From an uncultured Clostridia bacterium (GTDB taxonomy: Bacteria; Bacillota; Clostridia; Oscillospirales; CAG-272), in NCBI GenBank assembly GCA_947624995.1, contig CANQMS010000004.1, forward strand, positions 2,139 through 66,138: a stretch of 64,000 nucleotides of DNA. Direction: 5' to 3'. A program made the position numbers and the translations under genes. The notes under the pieces are model-generated. The model was given only the letters and a program-made list of their open reading frames with translations. It was not told the DNA's origin and did no database searches. Below are positions 29,276 to 37,483 of the stretch, piece by piece. How positions within the stretch are numbered: the first letter of the stretch is position 1; each line of letters opens with the position of its first letter.

Positions 29276-29944
29276 TCAACCCTCCGGATAGAGCGTCTTA
29301 TAAACGGCGCCGTCAAGCATGTCGTGCAGCCCCTCTATGAGGAGCGAGAGCGAGCAGTTCTCTTCGACCGCACCCGACCTGACGATCAAACCGCCGTCTA
29401 TGTCCGCCGTCGAGTCCGACAGCGTGAGCCTGCGCACGGCGTCCGCGCCAAGCTCCTTTTTTTTGTTGTTCTTCATCGAAAGGAGCACAGCCTCGCCGAC
29501 CTCCGCGCGGTCGCGCGCGTTGAGCACGAGCTCATATGGGGCGGCAGCCGTCACCTCGCCGTACTTTTCACGGCGCACCTCCGCCTTTTCTGCGTGGCGG
29601 CGCACCGCCGAGACGCCGAGCCCGACGAGCAGCGTCACATACTTGTCGCGCGGCAGAGACACGAGCGTTTCGAGCGCGCGGGCGTATGCCGCGTCGACAA
29701 TGCGGCTGCGCTCGCCCGACATGATGTTGCGGCGCGTCATCGCGGCGGATGACTTCGCGCGCGTTATGATCCCCTCAGCCTCGCGCTTTGTGCGCTCGGC
29801 GATCTCCGCCTCGGCTGCGGACGTCTTTTCCTCGTACTCCGCCCTGATGCGTGATGCCTCAGCCTCCGCGGCACCGGCGATCGCGGCACATTCGGCGTCC
29901 GCGTCCGACATTATCCTTTCGATTATTTTTTCAAGCCTCTTCAT
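29276..29944 (-). CDS. ntpE: V/A-type ATP synthase subunit E (peripheral stalk)
   Basis: Ala/Glu-rich coiled-coil N-terminus plus a globular C-terminus, at the canonical position. Confidence 0.85.
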   Translation of the reverse strand: MKRLEKIIERIMSDADAECAAIAGAAEAEASRIRAEYEEKTSAAEAEIAERTKREAEGIITRAKSSAAMTRRNIMSGERSRIVDAAYARALETLVSLPRDKYVTLLVGLGVSAVRRHAEKAEVRREKYGEVTAAAPYELVLNARDRAEVGEAVLLSMKNNKKKELGADAVRRLTLSDSTADIDGGLIVRSGAVEENCSLSLLIEGLHDMLDGAVYKTLYPEG

Positions 29945-29969
29945 GATACGAACAGATCCCGCCGTATTT

Positions 29970-30458
29970 TCAGACCGCTGCGAAGAGGATCGCGAGCAGC
30001 GAGATCAGCAGCGCGAATATCGCGTACGTCTCGACGAGCGCGGCGGAGGTCATCGCCTTAGCGACCTCGCCCGGGCGCTTTGTGATGAGATTGATGCCGG
30101 CGACCGCGACTCTTGCCTGCTTTACGGCAGAGAAGTAGCCGACAAATGCGATCGGAAGGCAGGCGAACAGGAAGAAGAGCCCCGTCTCGGTCGGGAGAGC
30201 CGCGAGGTCACCGAAGAGCCCGATCTTGAAGAAGACAAGGAACGCGGTAACGAGCCCGTATATGCCCTGTGTGCCGGGGAGCGCCTGCATAAGGAGCGCG
30301 CCGCCGAACTTCGACGGATCGTCCGTCAGCATGCCCGTGGACGCCTCGCCGACCATGCTTACGCCTTTGGCGCTGCCCATGCAGGGCAAAAGCGCCGCGA
30401 GAGCCGCACCGAGTACGGCAAGAGCTGTTCCGTTTGAAAGCAATTCGAAAAGTGTCAT
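29970..30458 (-). CDS. ntpK: V/A-type ATP synthase proteolipid subunit K (double-hairpin, 4 TM)
   Basis: GSAKGV, LPGTQGIYG and ALVETYAIF align with my recollection of Enterococcus hirae NtpK. Confidence 0.92.
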   Translation of the reverse strand: MTLFELLSNGTALAVLGAALAALLPCMGSAKGVSMVGEASTGMLTDDPSKFGGALLMQALPGTQGIYGLVTAFLVFFKIGLFGDLAALPTETGLFFLFACLPIAFVGYFSAVKQARVAVAGINLITKRPGEVAKAMTSAALVETYAIFALLISLLAILFAAV

Positions 30459-30486
30459 TTTTGTTTCTCCTTATAATAATTATGAA

Positions 30487-32451
30487 TTATGCTGTTTTGA
30501 CTTTTTCTTTGTATACGTAGTATTTCGGCTTCGGCTCAAGCGGGACGAACGCGCGCCCGCCCGATTCGTAGAATTTGCCGAAGAATTCGATATACTGGAG
30601 CCTGCTCGTGTGGACGAACGTGCCGAGCAGGTTTATCGCGATATTGAGCGTGTGCCCGAGCAGGACGGCGATGACAAACAGGATCAGCCCGAAGAAGTTC
30701 GGTCCCGCGAGCGTGCCGAGCAGGTTAAAGACGCTTCCGATGACGGCGGACGCCAGTCCGAGCGACAGTACGCGCGAGTATGACAGGAGGTCCGACACGT
30801 ACGATATCGTGTCGTACAGCGACTTGAGCCCCTTGCCGATCCTCAGGAATATGTTCTTTTCCGCTCTGCCCTGCGTCGCTATCAGGATCGCATATCCGAT
30901 CACGACGAGCACGATGCCGACCGTTGTGAGCGGCGGGAACGCAGCCACGCCGACCGCGGCACATCCGCCGCCGAGGAACACGAGGATCCATGAGCCGGCG
31001 TCGAATATCGCGTCAAGCAGCGTTTTCGTCTTGCACAGGACATAGAATTTCACGCACAGCGCGCCGACAAGGTGCAGCGCGCCGACGGCGAGCGACACGA
31101 TGAGGAACGTCATCGGGTCGTTTATCGGATCAAACCATATGGCGAGGCTGAATTCGCTGCCTCCGAAGAAGTTTGCCGACATCTTTGACGGCAGGTCTCC
31201 GAAATATCCGCCGAGCAGCACGCCGAAGAACATCGACGAAATGCCGCATATCGCGAACATCCGCAAAAACTTTCTCAGCGTCCCGCGCGGCTTCATGAGC
31301 ACCAGCCCGAGCACGCATACAGCCGAGACGATGAGCCCGTACCCGAAATCTGCGAACATAAGCCCGAACAGGATCATGTAGAATATGCTCATCACGAATG
31401 TCGGATCGTATGTCCCGTACTTCGGGAGCGAATAAAGCTCGACGACGGGCTCGAACGATTCCGCGAATTTGTTGTTTTTGAGCTTGACCGGGACGTCTTC
31501 CCCGTCGTCTGGATCCGTGATCTCGTAAGCGCATCCGATGGCTTCGAGTTCCGCCGTGACCTCCGCCTCCGCATCAGCGGGGATCCACCCGGAAAGATAC
31601 CGTGTGCTCTCAGTCGCCGTCATCCTCGAGACAGCATCCGTATACGAAAGACTGGTCCGCTCGGTGTCGGAATAGTATTCCGCGAGCGGGAGCGAGGCGG
31701 AGAGCTCGTCCGCCTCCGCGGACAGCCTTTCGTCCTCGTCGTCTATCGCGTGCAGCGCGTCCTTCCTCTCGGCGAGCAGCGAGTCCGCCGTGCCGTCGAG
31801 AGCGGCGGCGGGCGACCGCACGAATCCCACCGATGTCAAAAAGCGCAAAAGCGCCGCCGTGTCGCTCTTGTGAACGATCACGGATATATACCGGACCCCG
31901 TCCGAATCGTTTTCGAAAATGATCTCGGCGTTATACGAGTCCGGGATGCCGGCGAGCTCGGACACGCTCCCCGGCGGGACGCTGCCGATGATGATATCGG
32001 TCGTCTCCGTTCCGCTGACCGAGACGGGGACGTCGTATTCGCGCCACGGCAGTATCGACTCGACCTCGCCGACGACGCGGGCGCGCTCCGCCCGCAGCTC
32101 CTCCATCCTGCCGCGCAGTTCGGACGCGCGGTCGGTCACCTGTTTTGCCTCGTCGGTCCTCTCGGGGTCGTCTCCCCGTTCGAGCTCCGGCTTCGGCGAA
32201 AAAAGCTTCTTTTTTACCGCCTTTGCCGCCGAGCGGCTCGACAAAAGGTCGATTGCGTCCGTCGCCTGCGAGATCCTGTTCTCGATCCCGCGCCGCCTTT
32301 CCGCCGTATCGACGGGCGCAAGAACGGCTCCCGGCGGTTCCGGCGAGACGTCGAGATCGACGCAGGAAAGCCAGACAAGGCGCCGCGCAAGCTCCTCACA
32401 CGAGCCCGCCCCGACGATCGCCCTGAGGCGTTTCATTTCAGTTACCGGCAT
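30487..32451 (-). CDS. ntpI: V/A-type ATP synthase subunit I (a-subunit)
   Basis: 654 aa with a cytoplasmic N-terminal half and a polytopic C-terminal half; the conserved Arg context is HTSRLQYIEFF. Confidence 0.9.
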   Translation of the reverse strand: MPVTEMKRLRAIVGAGSCEELARRLVWLSCVDLDVSPEPPGAVLAPVDTAERRRGIENRISQATDAIDLLSSRSAAKAVKKKLFSPKPELERGDDPERTDEAKQVTDRASELRGRMEELRAERARVVGEVESILPWREYDVPVSVSGTETTDIIIGSVPPGSVSELAGIPDSYNAEIIFENDSDGVRYISVIVHKSDTAALLRFLTSVGFVRSPAAALDGTADSLLAERKDALHAIDDEDERLSAEADELSASLPLAEYYSDTERTSLSYTDAVSRMTATESTRYLSGWIPADAEAEVTAELEAIGCAYEITDPDDGEDVPVKLKNNKFAESFEPVVELYSLPKYGTYDPTFVMSIFYMILFGLMFADFGYGLIVSAVCVLGLVLMKPRGTLRKFLRMFAICGISSMFFGVLLGGYFGDLPSKMSANFFGGSEFSLAIWFDPINDPMTFLIVSLAVGALHLVGALCVKFYVLCKTKTLLDAIFDAGSWILVFLGGGCAAVGVAAFPPLTTVGIVLVVIGYAILIATQGRAEKNIFLRIGKGLKSLYDTISYVSDLLSYSRVLSLGLASAVIGSVFNLLGTLAGPNFFGLILFVIAVLLGHTLNIAINLLGTFVHTSRLQYIEFFGKFYESGGRAFVPLEPKPKYYVYKEKVKTA

Positions 32452-32767
32452 TTTTCAGTAATTCTCCTATTATAAGCGACACGGCGTCGTCCATATGCTC
32501 CTCCGCCGCGCGCGTCTCAGCCGCCGCGTCGGACTCAGCCTCGCTTCTGCTTTTCTTCAGAAGCGCTTCCGCCTGCGAGCCGATCTCGTCAAGAGACGCA
32601 GCCATCTCGTTCATCGCAGCCTCGCGCGCCGCCTCGTAACGCGCCTTCGCGGCGTTCGCGGCGTCGGTGACGGTCTTCTGCGACTGTTCCGCGGCACGCG
32701 CCTTTTTCTCCTTTGCCTCTTTTTCTGCCGCAAGGACGGCATCTATTGCTTCCTTTGACAAATGCAT
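32438..32767 (-). CDS. V/A-type ATP synthase subunit H/G-like (small coiled-coil stalk protein)
   Basis: Ala/Glu/Lys-rich 109-aa ORF, first in the operon. The true start may be the TTG at 32761, which has better spacing from GGAGG. Confidence 0.75.
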   Translation of the reverse strand: MHLSKEAIDAVLAAEKEAKEKKARAAEQSQKTVTDAANAAKARYEAAREAAMNEMAASLDEIGSQAEALLKKSRSEAESDAAAETRAAEEHMDDAVSLIIGELLKNAGN

Positions 32768-32792
32768 ACCTCCATACGTCTGCGGAATCGGT

Positions 32793-32817
32793 AAAAGGCG
32801 GACAATTCCCGCCTTTT
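32793..32817 (-). promoter_or_regulatory. Hairpin with a U tract inside the predicted 5' UTR of the ATPase operon
   Basis: AAAAGGCGG-N7-CCGCCTTTT lies between the predicted -10 (32836-32831) and the first gene. Confidence 0.45.
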
Positions 32818-32830
32818 ACTGATTTATTAA

Positions 32831-32859
32831 ATTATAACACGGGGGTGAGTATAAATCAA
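32831..32859 (-). promoter_or_regulatory. Sigma-A-type promoter of the V-ATPase operon
   Basis: The minus strand reads TTGATT-17 nt-TATAAT, with TGT immediately before the -10. Confidence 0.6.
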
Positions 32860-32913
32860 GCGTAAAGACAGCGATTTCACGAAATAATCACAAACGCCGC
32901 GACAAAATCCGCG

Positions 32914-33354
32914 TTATTTCGCGCCGCGGTAAAGCTCCTCTCCGAGCACCCTGCCGAACGTGTGCCTCTCCTCACAGAGGGAGAGCGTGCGCCTGCCGGC
33001 GGACGCCGAAATGCGGACAGTGACCTCCGCTTTCCGCCCGCGCCGCACTGTACCGTAATCGACGCGGAGGATGCAGGGTCTGTATCTGTACGCTCTGCCC
33101 GCCGCGGCGAAACGCTCGTACTCGGCGTCCGCCGCATCCGCGATCTCGCCCTCAAAGCTCTCCTTCACCCGGGCGATATGCCTGTCTATGAATCCACCGA
33201 CGCTCCCTGCCGCGAGCGCGCGGCAGGCGTGCCGTCCGCCCTCCTTCGTCGCCTCACCCCCGGCTCCTTCCGCCGTCACCTCACTGCCCGCGACCGTTAT
33301 TTCGAGCCTTGCCGTCACCGTTCCGTTCCCGTGAAAATGTACGAGCCTTTCCAT
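32914..33354 (-). CDS. Hypothetical protein
   Basis: 146-aa ORF starting at the ATG at 33354, preceded by GGAGGGAG. Its composition is more protein-like than the overlapping plus-strand ORFs. No motif recognised. Confidence 0.5.
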   Translation of the reverse strand: MERLVHFHGNGTVTARLEITVAGSEVTAEGAGGEATKEGGRHACRALAAGSVGGFIDRHIARVKESFEGEIADAADAEYERFAAAGRAYRYRPCILRVDYGTVRRGRKAEVTVRISASAGRRTLSLCEERHTFGRVLGEELYRGAK

Positions 33355-33480
33355 ATTCTCCCTCCGACGCTTTTTGTATAATATTATTCTCACGCCCCCG
33401 CGATGATTCTTCACTATTGTATTTGCCGCGTTTATGTGCTAAAATGGCGTCATGGGACGCAAAAAACGGGGTGAGACACT

Positions 33481-35124
33481 GTGAAAACGGTTGAGATGAA
33501 GCTGTGGGAGCAGCCCTTCCGGCAGATCCGAGAGGGGGCGAAGACGGTCGAGGTCAGGCTGTATGATGAAAAGCGCCGGGACATATGCCCCGGCGACACG
33601 GTAATATTCAAAGAGGTGCCGTATCTGCAAAAGATCATGTACAGAACGGTCGCGCGCATATCGCGCTTCGGCTCATTTGCCGACCTGTTCGCCGCGTACC
33701 CGAAAAAGGCTCTCGGCTGCGGTGACGGCGACACGGCGGAGACGTTCAGCGCCGCCATGGGAAAATATTATACGGATGAAGAAGCGAAAAAATACGGCGT
33801 CTGCGCGATAGAACTGCTGCCGTTTTCTGGCAGCTGCGAAATTAACGCGACGCACGCGCGCAGGATAAACGCGCACGACATCGAGATCTTTTTCGACGGC
33901 GACTTCGAGACCGGCAGCGAGCCCGGGGCGGACGAATACACGGTGACTCTCGGCGGAGCTGTGCTTCCGCTCGACCTGCACTACGGGCATGACGGTCACG
34001 TTCACTTCTGCCGGATGACGACGCTCCGCCTCTCGGACCCGCTTGACTGCGGCGAAGATGCACCGACTGTAAAAATTGCTCTCGGCGGCACGCTCCTTGA
34101 GGCGCCGTTTGAGGACTACTATAAATACAGGCTCGTCACGCACACGGGCATACCTGTCCGCGGCAGCGCGGCGCTCCTATACGGGATGAAAACGCTCGAG
34201 CGCGCGGGCGAGCTCGTCGACATAATGCTCTCCGCCCGCCCCGATATAGCCGAGCGGATGGTGCGCTCCGGCGCCTCCCTTTCAATATTCGGGCGCGGCG
34301 AGTGTGCGTTCCACATACCCGAGCACCGCTCGGGGTACGACATGGACATGCTCTATGTCGAGGGGTTCGGCGGCATCACGTGCAGCATCACGGAGGCGAA
34401 TATATGGCACTGGCGGCGCGGTCACGATGGACCGGACCCGGAATATACGACGCGGTACGTCAACGAAAACATCATGATACACGAATTCGGTCACGGCGTC
34501 AAGATCGCGGGGATCGACATGATGGAAGACGGCGCGCTCGCGGAAGAATTTTATATGCTCTGGCGGCACGCGAAGGCATCGGGGCTCTGGCACGACACAT
34601 ACGCGATATCAAATCCGGACGAATATTTCGCAACGCTCTCGGCGATATGGTTCAACGTCATGAACGAGTGCGCCGGGGACGACGGCTGGGACGGCGTCCG
34701 CGGTCCCGTCAACACGCGGCGCGAGCTCTATAACTACGACATCGACGCGTATCGGTTTTTTGCGAAAATCTATCCGTTTCGCGACCTTGACGGCGAGTGG
34801 TCGCCGGTCCCGGACAACGTACATGTGACGGGGCTTTCTGACCTGCCGGACGTCGACATGTCGGGGGAGGAGCATATCTTTCCCTACCCGAAGCCGACGG
34901 ATGCCGGGGATGGCGAGCACGCGCTGTTCGTCCACGGCTGCGCCGCCGGGGGCAGCACGCGCGGCATATTCGCGCGCCCCGGCGAGGTGATAGCGCTTAT
35001 CGCTCAAGGGACGGAGCCGCCCGTTCGCTGGCGCGCGAGCGCCGGTGTGCTCGAGGACACGAACGCGAACGCTGCGGAATTTGTCATGCCGGACTGTGAC
35101 GCTGTCGTCCGCGCGGACGGATAA
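33481..35124 (+). CDS. ASCH-domain protein fused to a putative HExxH zinc metallopeptidase (gluzincin-like)
   Basis: The N-terminal ~115 aa (LWEQPFRQIREGAKTVEVRLYDEKRR...) resemble ASCH. IMIHEFGHGV followed about 50 aa later by NPDEYFATLSAIW resembles the HEFGH...E-FFAE arrangement of lethal-factor-like (ATLF) peptidases. The start could instead be the ATG at 33496. Confidence 0.65.
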   Translation: MKTVEMKLWEQPFRQIREGAKTVEVRLYDEKRRDICPGDTVIFKEVPYLQKIMYRTVARISRFGSFADLFAAYPKKALGCGDGDTAETFSAAMGKYYTDEEAKKYGVCAIELLPFSGSCEINATHARRINAHDIEIFFDGDFETGSEPGADEYTVTLGGAVLPLDLHYGHDGHVHFCRMTTLRLSDPLDCGEDAPTVKIALGGTLLEAPFEDYYKYRLVTHTGIPVRGSAALLYGMKTLERAGELVDIMLSARPDIAERMVRSGASLSIFGRGECAFHIPEHRSGYDMDMLYVEGFGGITCSITEANIWHWRRGHDGPDPEYTTRYVNENIMIHEFGHGVKIAGIDMMEDGALAEEFYMLWRHAKASGLWHDTYAISNPDEYFATLSAIWFNVMNECAGDDGWDGVRGPVNTRRELYNYDIDAYRFFAKIYPFRDLDGEWSPVPDNVHVTGLSDLPDVDMSGEEHIFPYPKPTDAGDGEHALFVHGCAAGGSTRGIFARPGEVIALIAQGTEPPVRWRASAGVLEDTNANAAEFVMPDCDAVVRADG

Positions 35125-35213
35125 CGATTTGTATGACGAAAACCGGTGCCGCGGATTTGCCCGCCTGTCATAAAAACGGGAATTTGCACGAGAGCCTGTA
35201 CTATGTACGATTC

Positions 35214-35597
35214 CTAATATGTTTCCATTTGCCCGCATAGCATATGATAAAAACCAAATCGCTCATAAAACGGCTTCAACCCTTCCTCATAAACAACTGA
35301 AATCATGTAAATATGCTTTTCTTTCAGATATTCAATCATTTTATCCATCAGGTCTGTGCCGATCCCTTTACCTTGGTAATCCGGGCAAACCATTAAATCC
35401 TGAATATAGGCATCTGTTACCCCGTTTGATACGCTATCAATATACCCGATCAGTTTTTCATCTTCATAAACTGCAATATGGTAATACGATGATATCAAAG
35501 GGCTTTTATACTCTTTTTCCATCCTGTTCCAGCCCACAGATTCACGCAAATCCGCCAATGCTTTTACAGGCACCTTTTCGTTGAATTTGTACACCAT
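35214..35597 (-). CDS. GNAT family N-acetyltransferase
   Basis: Acetyl-CoA motif VCPDYQGKGIGTDLM. The gene is markedly AT-rich compared with its neighbours. Confidence 0.85.
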   Translation of the reverse strand: MVYKFNEKVPVKALADLRESVGWNRMEKEYKSPLISSYYHIAVYEDEKLIGYIDSVSNGVTDAYIQDLMVCPDYQGKGIGTDLMDKMIEYLKEKHIYMISVVYEEGLKPFYERFGFYHMLCGQMETY

Positions 35598-35733
35598 TAT
35601 GTTTTTTCCTCATCGTATAATATTTATATGGAAACCGCTCCGGCGATGTCGTCATCGTTCGGAGCGTTCCCATTAGCTGTCTCGGCTCATCTTAACGACG
35701 AGCTCAAATGACATACTGTTTTAAGCCCGGCGG

Positions 35734-36174
35734 TCAAACCTCCGGTTCCGCCGCTCGCCGGCGGAGGCGCATCATTTTCCATGAAACGGCGGCAAGCGCC
35801 GTATATATCAAAAACGGTACGGCGGACGACACCGCGTTTTCAAGCATCCAGAACACCGGCATCGGACCCGCGACCGCATCCGTGATCGCCGTGCTCACGC
35901 CGAAGAACGAGACGAGAGACGATGCGGCGAGCAGAGATAAAAATACGGAAAGCACGTACCCTGGGCGGTGAAGCGCAAGACAGAAAAGGATCCCCGGGTA
36001 AATAAGCGAAAAAACGCCGATTATCGCTATTTTTGCAGCGCCGTCAAGCGACGGCGCCGTAAAGGCGAAAACGACAGTTCCGAACACGCCGACGCACGCG
36101 AATACCACGTGCAGGAAGACGAGCGCCACGCCCAAAAGCAGCGCCTTTACCGCGCGTTTTTCTTCATCCGACAT
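35734..36174 (-). CDS. Hypothetical membrane protein (about 4 TM)
   Basis: Hydrophobic 146-aa ORF starting at the ATG at 36174 (GGGAGAA SD). This start removes the overlap with ilvE. Confidence 0.55.
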   Translation of the reverse strand: MSDEEKRAVKALLLGVALVFLHVVFACVGVFGTVVFAFTAPSLDGAAKIAIIGVFSLIYPGILFCLALHRPGYVLSVFLSLLAASSLVSFFGVSTAITDAVAGPMPVFWMLENAVSSAVPFLIYTALAAVSWKMMRLRRRAAEPEV

Positions 36175-36230
36175 AGCTTTTCTCCCTTCAAAAGCAAGGA
36201 AGCGGGAGACAAATTCCCGCTTCCGGATAA

Positions 36231-37298
36231 TTATATTTTTACCGTCCAGCCGTGCGTGTCCTCGACCTTGCCCCACTGGATCCCGGTCAGCTCGTCATAG
36301 AGGCGCTGAGATATCGGACCGATCTCGTTATTGTTTATGGTTATGGCGTTGCCGTCCTCGTTGAGAACGCCTATCGGCGAGATGACCGCCGCCGTTCCCG
36401 TGCCGAACGCCTCGTCGAGCTTGCCCGCTCTGTGCGCCTCGAAGAGCTCCGCCGCCTCGACCTTGCGCTCGGTCACCTTCATGCCCCACGAACGCAGAAG
36501 CTCGATGCACGACATGCGCGTGACGCCGGGCAGGATGTTTCCGTCTGTCAGTTCGGGCGTGACGACCTCGCCGTCAATGACAAAGAAGACGTTCATCGAG
36601 CCGACCTCGTCGACATATTTGTGATGTACGCCGTCGAGCCAGAGTACCTGCTCGCAGCCGTACTTCTCCGCCTTTTCCTGACCGATCAGCGACGCCGCAT
36701 AGTTGCCGCCGCACTTTGCCTGACCGGTGCCGCCCTTGACGGCGCGGACATATTCCTTCTCGACAAAGATCTTTACGGGATCAAGCCCGCCCGCGTAGTA
36801 GCTGCCGACGGGCGAGAGGATTATCATAAATACATAGTTGTGGGCGGGATGGACGCCGAGCATCGGATCCGTCGCGATGACGAACGGGCGGATGTAAAGG
36901 GACGTACCCTCGCTGTGCGGGACCCAGTCCTGCTCGTACTTTACGAGCGTCTCTATCGCCTGGAGCGCGTCTTCCGCCGGTATCTGCGGGATGCAGAGGC
37001 GCTTTGCGGTGTTGTTCATTCTGGCGATATTGCGGTCGGGACGGAAGAGCTGTATTTCCCCGCTTGCGGTGCGGTACGCCTTGAGTCCCTCGAACATCTC
37101 CTGCGCGTAGTGGAAAACCATCGCGGACGGCTCAAGACTTATCGGTCCGTATGGGACGATGCGCGCGTCATGCCAGCCGATCCCGTCGCTGTAATCCATG
37201 ACAAACATGTGGTCCGTAAAATATTTTCCGAAGCCGAGGACGGAGTCGTCCGGCTTCTCCTTCAGTTTTTCGGCTCTTGTGATCTTGATATCGAGCAT
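36231..37298 (-). CDS. ilvE: Branched-chain amino acid aminotransferase
   Basis: GFGKYFTDHMF, EGLKAYR and the class IV fold pattern. The start was moved to 37298 (GGAGAAG SD). Confidence 0.92.
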   Translation of the reverse strand: MLDIKITRAEKLKEKPDDSVLGFGKYFTDHMFVMDYSDGIGWHDARIVPYGPISLEPSAMVFHYAQEMFEGLKAYRTASGEIQLFRPDRNIARMNNTAKRLCIPQIPAEDALQAIETLVKYEQDWVPHSEGTSLYIRPFVIATDPMLGVHPAHNYVFMIILSPVGSYYAGGLDPVKIFVEKEYVRAVKGGTGQAKCGGNYAASLIGQEKAEKYGCEQVLWLDGVHHKYVDEVGSMNVFFVIDGEVVTPELTDGNILPGVTRMSCIELLRSWGMKVTERKVEAAELFEAHRAGKLDEAFGTGTAAVISPIGVLNEDGNAITINNNEIGPISQRLYDELTGIQWGKVEDTHGWTVKI

Positions 37299-37483
37299 TT
37301 TTCTTCTCCGCTTCCGTATCATTGTTTCTGTGGTTCCGCGCCGTTCGGCGCGGCTTTGTTCAATTATACACCAGAACCGCATATTATGCAAGATTGCGTC
37401 GGCAAAAATTTCTGCCGCAACGTATATTTTTGCCTCCGCGAGGGATAATTTCAAGTGAAAATACTACTAAACGGAGGTAATCC

